Assembly (NCBI GenBank): GCA_949290785.1
Contig: CASETE010000023.1
Location: 10,537-74,536, forward strand
From: an uncultured Pseudomonadota bacterium
Lineage (GTDB): Bacteria; Pseudomonadota; Alphaproteobacteria; Rs-D84
Length of the DNA stretch: 64,000 bases
Reading direction: 5' to 3'
Shown piece by piece: positions 1-9,292 of the stretch. A program made the position numbers and the translations under genes. The notes under the pieces are model-generated. The model made no database searches and was not told the DNA's origin. It worked only from the letters and a program-made list of their open reading frames with translations. Each line of letters begins with the position of its first letter. Within the stretch, counting starts at the first letter, position 1.

Positions 1-19
1 TTTTGTCTTGTTTTGTCAT
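1..19 (-). CDS. 5' end of a gene running off the window (MTKQDK...)
   Basis: Minus-strand ATG at 19 with a GGGG SD-like sequence upstream; only 6 codons visible. Confidence 0.35.
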
Positions 20-95
20 AATTTATACCCCTTGACCAATAAAACATAAGTGCAATAATATAACTTATAAAACAATAGTCAAGGCAATATAGCAT

Positions 96-124
96 AAAAA
101 AATCGGGCTTTTGCCCGACTTTTT
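96..124. terminator. Intrinsic terminator, probably bidirectional
   Basis: TCGGGC-TTTT-GCCCGA stem flanked by A and T tracts, directly after the stop of the 123..611 gene. Confidence 0.75.
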
Positions 125-611
125 ACTTTGTTGTTTTCTTTTTATTTTTTCGCTTGGTTACGTTTGCAGAACCGTCGGCATCTGCATCGTCGCCGACAAT
201 ATCAAAACCTATGATTTCGGTCAGTAATTCCCTGGCTTTTGGGTTTTTATCTGCATACTTTTTTACCCCCATTAACAGCATCGCCGCTATCAATTTCTCA
301 ATATATTGCGGTGATACGGTTTGCGTAACCTTGTACTTAATTTCAGACGCCATATCCTGAACCGCGCTTTTTGCCCTGTATAACAAAGAATGGCGGCGAC
401 GAATATATTTTCTTATTTCGCCAATCCACATAAATATCAAAAACACCAATACAGGTAACGCCACACAAAATATAAAATATTTTGCAACGCTATCTAAACA
501 AAATCCAGTCGTAAAGATGCTGGAACAAGAATTCTTAAAGTGTAAAAATAATACAGCAAAAATTTCATAAACTGCTAAGACCGTTCCGTATATTTTTGTT
601 TTCATAAACAT
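123..611 (-). CDS. Hypothetical membrane protein (2 TM segments, basic C-terminus)
   Basis: ORF 123..728; start moved to the ATG at 611, which has a G-rich SD and avoids overlap with the upstream gene. Confidence 0.65.
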   Translation of the reverse strand: MFMKTKIYGTVLAVYEIFAVLFLHFKNSCSSIFTTGFCLDSVAKYFIFCVALPVLVFLIFMWIGEIRKYIRRRHSLLYRAKSAVQDMASEIKYKVTQTVSPQYIEKLIAAMLLMGVKKYADKNPKARELLTEIIGFDIVGDDADADGSANVTKRKNKKKTTK

Positions 612-631
612 TGCGCCCCCCCTTTTTGTTA

Positions 632-1384
632 TTAATCCTTTTGACCTGGAATAAACCTGATGCCTAATAACACAGTCCAATCGTTTCTGTGCCAATCGCC
701 CCCAAGTCTTTTGCCTATTCTGGTCCAAACACCCGTTGTTCTATTAAGCATAGTACCAACTTCGCCTTCCATCAAGTATTCTATGCGACCGTCTTCGTTA
801 TTTATCCATACTTGCGGGTCCAAAGCTGCCCACCAACCGTTATTTGATAAATACCCAACCAACATACGAACCTGCGTTTGATTCGTGTCTTGATACTTTT
901 CAGGTTCAAGATTATACAACGAAATGAACTGTTTTCCAACCAGCGCAGTAAAGAAATTTGGACTGAACGCATAAACATAGGCAAGAGTCGGATCAAATGT
1001 ATATTGACGCGTTCCTAATGTGTCCGCCGTGGCAGTCGGCAAGACAAATTCTGTTGCACCAATAAATACATTTCTGCCAAACCGATACTGCGCACGACCA
1101 CGAACTCTTAAATCACCGATACCATTATCCGCCACACCATACCCAGAAAAATGACTTAATGGTAATTCTAAGTTTATGCCAAAAATTTTATACAACTCTT
1201 TATCATATTTCAAACCCAAGGTTGTGACCGAAGGTTTACCTTCCGCATCTATAACATTCAAACTTGGCAATAATTCCATCTTGGTAACGTTATCGGCAGG
1301 GTTAACGCCCTTGACAGCACTGTCTGCAAACGCAGAAAAAGGAACTATTAACATAGCCCCAGCAAATAAAATATTTTTTTTCAT
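632..1384 (-). CDS. Exported protein, probable outer-membrane beta-barrel channel (MetA-pathway/'transporter'-like)
   Basis: Signal peptide (AFA-D), GIGDLRVR and LPTATADTLG motifs, alternating beta-strand pattern ending LLGIRF. Confidence 0.6.
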   Translation of the reverse strand: MKKNILFAGAMLIVPFSAFADSAVKGVNPADNVTKMELLPSLNVIDAEGKPSVTTLGLKYDKELYKIFGINLELPLSHFSGYGVADNGIGDLRVRGRAQYRFGRNVFIGATEFVLPTATADTLGTRQYTFDPTLAYVYAFSPNFFTALVGKQFISLYNLEPEKYQDTNQTQVRMLVGYLSNNGWWAALDPQVWINNEDGRIEYLMEGEVGTMLNRTTGVWTRIGKRLGGDWHRNDWTVLLGIRFIPGQKD

Positions 1385-1488
1385 CTTATATCCTGTATTT
1401 ATACAGAATATATTGTTAGATAAAATGACATTAAAAGCACTAAGAACAAAAACCTAGGTATCTGTCTTTATACAAAATTCATAAAACT

Positions 1489-2304
1489 TCATTGTTCTGT
1501 TGGCGCGACATCTGATGAATTATCAGATTCAACGGTCTGTTCTTGCTTTTCGGCCCGTTCTTCTTCTGCGCGGGCCGCCGTTTCTATTTGCAACAACTGA
1601 TTTTCCAACGCTGTACGTTCCGAAGATTTATAACCGGTTTCTTCTGATTTTGCATCAGATTTTTCCCCATCTGATTTTGCTTTATCGGCAGATTTTTCGT
1701 TATTTTTCGTTTCTTTTTTATCATCGGAAACAGCAGGATTTATTAAATTTTGATATATTTCAATGGCTTCTTGGGTGCCCGTCATGTCGCGTTTTAAAAG
1801 TTGGCTTTCTTCACCCGGTACAAACCACTTATCTAACTTAACTGCGGTTAACTGCATTATCGGTCTTGTTCGCGCATCGGCAACCCATTTTGGTAATGCG
1901 GGACTATCTGAGAAATACCATAATGAAATCCAATATACTATGCCCATTACAACAATTCCACGAATTATACCAAATATCACGCCCAATGTATGGTCCGTAA
2001 CCTTCATCATACTTTCTTGAATTCTGTCGCGTAATTTTTGGTTTACGAAACCCACCAACAACAATATGACAAAGAAAACAATGAAATAAGATGCGACCAA
2101 TGTACTAACCGTTGAGGCAGATAGATTAAATAAATTCTGCAACAAACCGTCTAGCATTGGCGATACAAACCTGGCAGTAATGGCGGCAACCACCCAAGAT
2201 AAAGTAGCCACGGTTTCATAAACGCCACCGCGAATACTGGCCCAAATAGTAGATGCCAATATCACACCGATATAAATATAATCCAGAACAGTTAAATCAA
2301 ACAT
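1489..2304 (-). CDS. cvpA: CvpA (colicin V production) family membrane protein with long charged C-terminal tail
   Basis: LDYIYIGVI...RGGVYE...DHTLGVIFGIIRG motifs; 4 TM segments. Confidence 0.85.
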   Translation of the reverse strand: MFDLTVLDYIYIGVILASTIWASIRGGVYETVATLSWVVAAITARFVSPMLDGLLQNLFNLSASTVSTLVASYFIVFFVILLLVGFVNQKLRDRIQESMMKVTDHTLGVIFGIIRGIVVMGIVYWISLWYFSDSPALPKWVADARTRPIMQLTAVKLDKWFVPGEESQLLKRDMTGTQEAIEIYQNLINPAVSDDKKETKNNEKSADKAKSDGEKSDAKSEETGYKSSERTALENQLLQIETAARAEEERAEKQEQTVESDNSSDVAPTEQ

Positions 2305-2324
2305 GATACATTCCGATGTTTTTA

Positions 2325-2900
2325 CTATTTTTTATTTTTGTCTTTCCTTACCAAAACTACCCCCAGCGCCACAACCAATACCGCTAAGAATATATAGAAG
2401 TAAACCGGTGAACCATTGTTATTTTTTTTTTCAACTTCCTGGTTCTGGACGTTCGCGTTATATTCTTTAATTGCCTGACGACGCGCGGCATTTCTTGCCT
2501 TAAAGTCATCTGGCTTATCTGCCAAAGACTTTCTATTTTCTTTTGCGACATTTTTATCTTCTTCGGACAAATCTACTTCTACGGCATCGCGCAAATCTTG
2601 GGCCATAAAGTCCGCATAACCCTGAAAGCATTTATCGCCGACAACAATGACTGGTACACCGCCGCTTTCATATTTGCACTTTTTTAACGCGTCTTGAAAC
2701 AGCGGTAAATTTTGCTGGTCCATGACATTAACTTGGACAACGCGTAATTTAGGGTATTCATATATCATGGTATTCGCAAAGAATTCCTGCGCGTGATGGC
2801 AATGCGGACAAGACGGCGAATAATAAATCGTAATATCTGCTGCATTTGCACCGCCAAACAACCCTAAAACAACCAAAGCAAAAACTAATAACTTCTTCAT
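2325..2900 (-). CDS. Exported, C-terminally membrane-anchored thioredoxin/glutaredoxin-fold oxidoreductase
   Basis: Signal peptide, YSPSCPHC active site, GGVP cis-Pro loop, C-terminal TM plus basic tail. Confidence 0.8.
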   Translation of the reverse strand: MKKLLVFALVVLGLFGGANAADITIYYSPSCPHCHHAQEFFANTMIYEYPKLRVVQVNVMDQQNLPLFQDALKKCKYESGGVPVIVVGDKCFQGYADFMAQDLRDAVEVDLSEEDKNVAKENRKSLADKPDDFKARNAARRQAIKEYNANVQNQEVEKKNNNGSPVYFYIFLAVLVVALGVVLVRKDKNKK

Positions 2901-2981
2901 AACTTCTCCTTTTATTGTTTAAAATTATAAAAATCTAACCAGAATGGTGCAAGACCTTTTTACACATAAACGTAAAAATAT

Positions 2982-4370
2982 TTATTTCGCATATCTGTCA
3001 TAAATAACTGGCGTTTTGTTTATAGTGTATATTCGCCCCGCGTTTTCACGGTTATAATAAATATATAGAATATTAACCACATCTTGATTTACCCAAGGGT
3101 TTCCATAACCTATGACTTGACGCTGGGTATTATTTGGAAAAACAGTATGAAACGTGTTGTCAAATACCTGCGAATATTTATCGTTAAAACTTTGACTCAT
3201 TATCATGTTCATAACAATTATGCCGTTCGGGCCAACACGAGACTTTAAACGCTCCATAAACTCTGCCGTTATCAACCCTTCGGGTATCTGATACGAATTA
3301 GAATAAACGTCAAGTATAATTAAATCATATTGTTCATCGGTATTTTTTAAATATTGACTGGCATCTTGGACAATAAACTTCTTATTCGGCGTCAATTTCT
3401 GATTTAAAAAATATTTTTCTGAAACGTCTTTCAAAGTATGTTCTATATCAACAAACGTATAATCATTAAAAGTATCTTGCAAACCAGCGGTAAAACCACC
3501 CGCCCCAAGAACCAAAATCTTGTGCATTTTATCCGTCGGCATCGTATAAATAAAATGGTTATTAATATAATTTATATAATCAGCCATTGAACCACTATTA
3601 ATATCATATATGGACATCGGCAACCCATTCATATTTAACACGCGCATACCATTCATATCCGAAACAGATATCGTTGAATTTGCGTTATTTACCAAAATGC
3701 CATAATTCTTGCGCTGAAACCAATCGCTGTTGATATAAATTGTCGGAACTAATATCAATATTCCAAATATAAAAACAGCAAGCTTTCTGTATGTAACAAC
3801 CGCCGCAATAACCGACAATAAAACAATTAACATAACAGTATAATTTACACCAATAAAAGGCATCAATACTAATGTAGTCGCCAAAGACCCCATAACAGAA
3901 CCAATGGTATCCCACGCCATTATGTTACCTGTATAATTCGTGTTATACTTATGCAACCACCTTGATAACAATGTAGTATTAAAGCCAAATAAAAACGGCC
4001 CAACCGACAAAAACACAAAAGAATAAATGAATGTCTGAACGACGCTAGACGTAATGCCGCCCATATACATAACAACAAAATAATTAGTAATTAAATGAAA
4101 ACTGGACGCCATACAAGCGAATAACGCAATGACTAAGAAACTGGCACTTAATATTTTTCTGATGCCGGTATTCTTAATTTTTTCCGAAGACCCCAAAAAA
4201 TATCCTAGCGACATAAAACCTAAGAATATCCCCATAATTATGCTGGTAATAACCGCGCTGGAACCAACATAAAAAGATAATTGACGCAATACAACTAACT
4301 CTAAGGACAAACTAACATAGCCATTTAAGAAAATTAGAAAAACCAACCAAGACTTTATTTTTGTATTCAT
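2982..4370 (-). CDS. Fused membrane domain/spermidine synthase-like SAM-dependent transferase
   Basis: N-terminal multi-TM region (LELVVLRQLS, TIGSVMGS), then LVLGAGG, VDIE, QDA and YDLIILDVY; start 4370 has a GGGAG SD (alternative 4394). Confidence 0.8.
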   Translation of the reverse strand: MNTKIKSWLVFLIFLNGYVSLSLELVVLRQLSFYVGSSAVITSIIMGIFLGFMSLGYFLGSSEKIKNTGIRKILSASFLVIALFACMASSFHLITNYFVVMYMGGITSSVVQTFIYSFVFLSVGPFLFGFNTTLLSRWLHKYNTNYTGNIMAWDTIGSVMGSLATTLVLMPFIGVNYTVMLIVLLSVIAAVVTYRKLAVFIFGILILVPTIYINSDWFQRKNYGILVNNANSTISVSDMNGMRVLNMNGLPMSIYDINSGSMADYINYINNHFIYTMPTDKMHKILVLGAGGFTAGLQDTFNDYTFVDIEHTLKDVSEKYFLNQKLTPNKKFIVQDASQYLKNTDEQYDLIILDVYSNSYQIPEGLITAEFMERLKSRVGPNGIIVMNMIMSQSFNDKYSQVFDNTFHTVFPNNTQRQVIGYGNPWVNQDVVNILYIYYNRENAGRIYTINKTPVIYDRYAK

Positions 4371-4429
4371 ACTTTTTCTCCCGTTGGTTGTCATAGTAAA
4401 GTAAAATGAAAATGTATAAAAGCGTTTTT

Positions 4430-4729
4430 TTATCTTGTATGTAAAAATCTTACGTCATCAAATTCTGGGTACCTACTAAACATTGCTTTTGCAAACGGAC
4501 ACATCGTGATTATTTTACGGTTTTGATTTCTAGCCAAGTCAACAACATGGCGAACCAAATTTATGCCAATATTTTCATGTCTATAGTTTTCTGATACATC
4601 TGTATGGTCTATTATCAACTTGTCAATTCCGACGCGAACGAAAGTTATCTCTCCTACATGCTGTCCGTCACAATTAGCATAAAACCCCAAGCCATTTGGA
4701 AATATATCATAAGTTATATCATCTGCCAT
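4430..4729 (-). CDS. GNAT N-acetyltransferase, YjdJ-like
   Basis: IIDHTDVS..R...IG..LV and MCPFAK motifs, 99 aa. Confidence 0.85.
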   Translation of the reverse strand: MADDITYDIFPNGLGFYANCDGQHVGEITFVRVGIDKLIIDHTDVSENYRHENIGINLVRHVVDLARNQNRKIITMCPFAKAMFSRYPEFDDVRFLHTR

Positions 4730-4805
4730 ATCTCAAATCCTTGCTGTTCTTATGGCAGATTATAACACATAAAATCATACGTATAAATATGATTCTTGTC
4801 CGCAG

Positions 4806-4831
4806 AAAACGGGGCTTTGCGCCCCGTTTTT
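4806..4831. terminator. Intrinsic terminator after ldh
   Basis: AAAACGGGGC-TTTGC-GCCCCGTTTT. Confidence 0.8.
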
Positions 4832-4840
4832 ATTTTTTGT

Positions 4841-5773
4841 TTATTTTCCTATGTTGTCATAATTTTTCTTAATTATTTTCGCGCTTTTTCGTAGTGCGGC
4901 AGACTCGTCCGACGACAACTTAGGATTAAGCGTCGCGATAACACCCGTTGCTCCTATGACGCGCGGTAAAGACATAGCCACCGCGTTCTGAACGCCAGAA
5001 ACGCAACTGACAGTTAAAATCCGCCTTTCGTCATTTATTATGCAACGTAACAAGTCAGAAACTGACGCACCTATACCGTCCCAAGTAGCCCCACGCCCCT
5101 GTATAATTTCATACGCGGCATTATGTACACGATGCGAAATCGTGTTTCTTGTAGTTGCAGGCAAAGAAACTTTTAACTGCTTACAGAATTCATCAAGTGA
5201 AAAACCGCCAACGGTTACACCAGACCAAGCAACAACACTGCTGTCACCGTGCTCGCCAAAGACTTGCGCACAAATAGATTGCGTAGACACCGATAAATGA
5301 CGCGATAATATAGTCCGCAAACGCGCTGAATCCAACATCGTTCCAGTTCCTATCACACGCGCAGCAGGTAACTTAGATATCTTTTGTGTTAACATAACCA
5401 ATACGTCCAAAGGATTTGTTACGACGATTATTTTTACCTTCTTGGCGTCAACATTTGCCATTACCCTTGGCACGATGTCTTCAATAACTGCAACATTTTT
5501 GTTTAACAAATCGGTACGCGTTTCACCGGGTTTCTGATTTGCCCCGGCAGAAATAATAACGATATCGCTGCCACGAATACCGCGATAATTACTGACCGCA
5601 GATATTTTTACGTCAAAACCAAAACTTGCCGCATGCCCCAAATCTTCCGCTGCCGCACGTGCACGTATACCATCACGATCAAATAAAACTATCTCATGCA
5701 CGAACCCCGTGTTTTTCACCGCCGTCGCAACCGCAGAACCAACCGTACCAACACCTATGATTGCTATTTTCAT
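4841..5773 (-). CDS. ldh: L-lactate dehydrogenase
   Basis: GVGTVG NAD motif, GANQKPGETR (Gln specificity residue, not the Arg of MDH), TNPLD, LDSAR, GEHGDS. Confidence 0.9.
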   Translation of the reverse strand: MKIAIIGVGTVGSAVATAVKNTGFVHEIVLFDRDGIRARAAAEDLGHAASFGFDVKISAVSNYRGIRGSDIVIISAGANQKPGETRTDLLNKNVAVIEDIVPRVMANVDAKKVKIIVVTNPLDVLVMLTQKISKLPAARVIGTGTMLDSARLRTILSRHLSVSTQSICAQVFGEHGDSSVVAWSGVTVGGFSLDEFCKQLKVSLPATTRNTISHRVHNAAYEIIQGRGATWDGIGASVSDLLRCIINDERRILTVSCVSGVQNAVAMSLPRVIGATGVIATLNPKLSSDESAALRKSAKIIKKNYDNIGK

Positions 5774-5811
5774 CTCTCTTCCTTTTTTATATAACGCACT
5801 AATTATATCAT

Positions 5812-5838
5812 AAAAAACGGGGACACGCCCCGTTTTTT
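5812..5838. terminator. Intrinsic terminator after proS
   Basis: AAAAAACGGGG-ACACG-CCCCGTTTTTT. Confidence 0.8.
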
Positions 5839-7273
5839 AATAAGACTTTGCAACGAATACATATGTCGGATCGTTGTCATCTAAACAACGACGCGATATC
5901 TTATACTTTTCCATCAAAGCGTCAAACCTTTCATTCTTCGTCAGGTCATACTTTATACGGAAAAATCCTATTTCTCCATTTTCCAAGGCAGATTCCAATG
6001 CCGCTAAATCCGTAACGTCTTTTATCATCTTCTTATTGCGGGCCGCTGCTGCATTATACATATCAACCTGTATCTGATTCAGAATATCTTTTGCTTCTTT
6101 TATCAAATCGGTAACAGATATAGTACGCTTAGAATCTTTACCTAAATCGCGACGAGTTATAGTTACAGAATCAGATTCCATTTCACGCGCCCCGATTTCA
6201 ACGCGTAACGGTACACCGCGCTTTATCCATTTCCACATCTTGTCCGGCGCCCGCATATCAGATGCATCTACTAGAACTCTTATTCCGTTATCACGCAACT
6301 GCTGTCCTACTTTTTCAGCAAACGCATTCAATACATCTGCATTTTCTTCACGAATAATAGGTATGATTACAATCTGGTAAGGCGCAACTGCCGGCGGCAA
6401 AACCAAACCGTCATCATCAGAATGTATCATGAACAAACTACCCATCATCCTGGTCGTAGTCCCCCAAGATGTCGTCCATGCATGTTGCAGTTTACCATCT
6501 GTACCCAAAAATTGTATGCCAAAAGATTTAGAAAAATGTTGTCCTAAATCGTGCGATGTACCAGCCTGCAAAGCCTTGCCGTCTTGCATAATATGTTCCA
6601 AGGTATATGTATGGTCGGCACCTGCAAAACGCTCTTCGGCAGTCTTTTCACCCATAACAGAAGGAATCGCCAAAACTTCGCGCATATAGTCACCATACAT
6701 CTTATGCATTTTTCGCGCGTCTGCGTTTGCCTCTTCGTGCGTGGCGAAAACGTTATGCCCTTCTTGCCAGTTAAACTCTGATGTGCGCAAGAACAATCTT
6801 GGACGCATTTCCCAGCGCATTACGTTAACCCATTGATTTAACTTTAACGGCAAATCACGATAACTTTGTACCCAACGCGACATCGCCTCGCCTATTATAG
6901 TTTCAGAAGTCGGACGAATAATATACGGCTCTGTCAATTTAGAATCTGGGTCTGGCTGCAACTTGCCGTCTATCATCTTTAACCTGTGATGCGTTACAAC
7001 CGCACATTCTTTTGCAAAACCCGCGACGTGCTCTGCTTCCTTATTAAAGAAATCAATAGGTATCAATAACGGAAAATTCGCATTCTGAACCCCACAAGCC
7101 TTTATACGCTTATCCATTTCATCGCGCATCAATTCCCATATCGCCCAACCATAAGGTTTTATCGTCATACAACCACGAACAGGAGCATTTTCTGCCAAAT
7201 CCGCCGCGACAATTAAACTTTGATACCATTCACTAAAATTTTCCGCACGTGTCGGTGTAATCGCTGTTTTCAT
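5837..7273 (-). CDS. proS: Proline--tRNA ligase, eukaryote/archaea-like type without INS editing domain
   Basis: FSEWY, RPTSET, VMRWE..FLRTSEF.WQEGH, QAGTSHDLGQ, DDDGLVLPP, C-terminal AKSY. Confidence 0.95.
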   Translation of the reverse strand: MKTAITPTRAENFSEWYQSLIVAADLAENAPVRGCMTIKPYGWAIWELMRDEMDKRIKACGVQNANFPLLIPIDFFNKEAEHVAGFAKECAVVTHHRLKMIDGKLQPDPDSKLTEPYIIRPTSETIIGEAMSRWVQSYRDLPLKLNQWVNVMRWEMRPRLFLRTSEFNWQEGHNVFATHEEANADARKMHKMYGDYMREVLAIPSVMGEKTAEERFAGADHTYTLEHIMQDGKALQAGTSHDLGQHFSKSFGIQFLGTDGKLQHAWTTSWGTTTRMMGSLFMIHSDDDGLVLPPAVAPYQIVIIPIIREENADVLNAFAEKVGQQLRDNGIRVLVDASDMRAPDKMWKWIKRGVPLRVEIGAREMESDSVTITRRDLGKDSKRTISVTDLIKEAKDILNQIQVDMYNAAAARNKKMIKDVTDLAALESALENGEIGFFRIKYDLTKNERFDALMEKYKISRRCLDDNDPTYVFVAKSY

Positions 7274-7294
7274 AATTTTAATTCTCTTTCTTTT

Positions 7295-8116
7295 TTATCG
7301 TTCGTCTTTTAATTCCATATATTTATCAGAAACTATTTCGTGCAGAGTTTCTGCAATCTGCTTTCTATTCAACCCCGCCAACGGGGGTGGCGGCATAACT
7401 GTTATTTCTACTTTAAATCCGCCCAATACCATTATATGAAAAACCTGCCCAAAAGCACTGCGTTCGCGCGTGCAACTTGGCCCCATATCCTGATTAGAAT
7501 TATTAAAGTATGCAAAATGTTCCGCTAAATCTTCGTCACTAATAACCCCGCCATCACGAAAACGATAGTGCATTGCCATCGGTTGCACGACAACGTTTGA
7601 ACCTTCTATGAAATTAAACAACGTACTTTTAAATTGTTTCACATATGCACCGTTTGTAGTGGTTCCTTCGGGGAATAAAAACATAGGATACTTAACATTT
7701 GCAACTGTATCTTTGACCAGCTTTAACGCGTCCATTGCATGCGAAGGTCTGCGGTCTACGAAAATTACACCGAATTTTTTAGCAACCCAACCAACCAAAG
7801 GCCAATTTTCCATTTCTTTCTTTGCTATAAAACTGCCCCCAAAGGCAACAGGAAATGTCGCAATTTCAAAAATAGAAATATGATTACTTACCACTAATAA
7901 AGGTCTATGCTTTACCAATTTGCCGTGAACTTCTATTTTGATTCCTGCCAATATCAGTAAAATCTTCATAAATATTTTCATGTACCATACAGACGCACGA
8001 CCGCGCGGCAGCAAGAAAATAATCGGCAACTGTACCACCACCAGCAACCAAAAAGTTATAAACTTTATCGCTGCACCAATAGTATTAAAAACATTTTGCT
8101 TTCTGACGCAATTCAT
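7295..8116 (-). CDS. olsA: PlsC-family acyltransferase, probable lyso-ornithine lipid acyltransferase
   Basis: SNHIS, FIAKKE and FPEGTT motifs; TGATG overlap with the olsB-like gene. Confidence 0.75.
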   Translation of the reverse strand: MNCVRKQNVFNTIGAAIKFITFWLLVVVQLPIIFLLPRGRASVWYMKIFMKILLILAGIKIEVHGKLVKHRPLLVVSNHISIFEIATFPVAFGGSFIAKKEMENWPLVGWVAKKFGVIFVDRRPSHAMDALKLVKDTVANVKYPMFLFPEGTTTNGAYVKQFKSTLFNFIEGSNVVVQPMAMHYRFRDGGVISDEDLAEHFAYFNNSNQDMGPSCTRERSAFGQVFHIMVLGGFKVEITVMPPPPLAGLNRKQIAETLHEIVSDKYMELKDER

Positions 8117-9075
8117 CAGTTTTCTTCGCCTTCGTTTTCTTTTGAATCTTCGATATATTCAGCATCGGCCGCGTCTTCGCGCAACAAGAATTCCAAGAAC
8201 GCACGAACAACTTTAAACGAACCTGTCACAGGGAACAACATTATCTTACCCAAAGTTTTTATCGGTCCGTCTTTTTCATCAAGATGCCCCAACGCGTTTT
8301 CATGACCCAAGAAATGCTTTTGATACGCCGCGTCTATTTTTTTTGTCTGTAACATTACAAATACATCGTACGAATTAAATGGCTTGTCTATGAACACGCC
8401 CTTACCAAAAGTAGCCCCCAAACGCAAATACCCTTTTACCAAAGGCGTCATTTGACGGCGCGCATCTTCTTCATACACAAAATCTTTTGGCAAAATATTC
8501 ATTCTGGATAACTTCGGATTTACCCCATCGGCAAAATTTTCTGACAAAACAGTTGCACGTAAATTCAACGGAGATAAATGGTTATAATATAAATAAGATA
8601 TTGCCTGAGCAGACTCAACAGGTTTGGAGCCAACCCAAGACGCAACGCCAAATAATATCATAATCTTACGACGAACAACGTATTCACCCAACCCTGCCCA
8701 CAACATACGCATAACCAACGCATTTTCGCGATAGTCTTTGGCGACGCAGGCACGTGACATTTCGGCAATATTACCGTTATAACGTTTTATCTTTGATATA
8801 TTAAACTCAGATTCCGTATAAAAACCGCCCATCTTTTCCGCAGCGTTTCTGTCAATAATTCTGTAAGTACCGACAATCTTGCCGTTATGAAAAACCGCCA
8901 TATATTCTGCAAAACTGTCATACGCATCATATTCTTCGCGAAGGTTCTTTTGTTCTTCGGTGGCATTCGCCCCTTCTTCCTCAACAAAAACAGAATATCT
9001 TAACTGACGAACTTGACGACGTTCGTCTTTATTTCTGGTTAAACGCACTTCGTAATCGCGAACCTTGATAGCCAT
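8116..9075 (-). CDS. olsB: Ornithine-acyl-ACP N-acyltransferase (GNAT)
   Basis: QLRYSVF, VGTYR, FYTESEF, EMSRACV..YR, PLVKGYLRLGA, D..FN..DV motifs. Confidence 0.85.
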   Translation of the reverse strand: MAIKVRDYEVRLTRNKDERRQVRQLRYSVFVEEEGANATEEQKNLREEYDAYDSFAEYMAVFHNGKIVGTYRIIDRNAAEKMGGFYTESEFNISKIKRYNGNIAEMSRACVAKDYRENALVMRMLWAGLGEYVVRRKIMILFGVASWVGSKPVESAQAISYLYYNHLSPLNLRATVLSENFADGVNPKLSRMNILPKDFVYEEDARRQMTPLVKGYLRLGATFGKGVFIDKPFNSYDVFVMLQTKKIDAAYQKHFLGHENALGHLDEKDGPIKTLGKIMLFPVTGSFKVVRAFLEFLLREDAADAEYIEDSKENEGEEN

Positions 9076-9292
9076 AAAAAATCCTTTATATCGTTATGAT
9101 AATATCAAGAATAGCAAACAATACCGCGTTTATCAATTATTTTTATTTTTGCTTGCGATTAATTAAATACTATACTATGCTGTTGGTCAGTACAATGTAA
9201 TTTTGTACTGCTTTGTCTTCAAACGCAAAGGAACACAATATGATGTATTTTCCCTGTTTAACGGGGCATTTATTGTATCAAGAGGTACATAA

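Noticed and set aside
29-84. CCTTGAC...GTCAAGG inverted repeat as a MITE
   Set aside because: Short, no second copy or target duplication seen; explainable as -35 elements (TTGAC)
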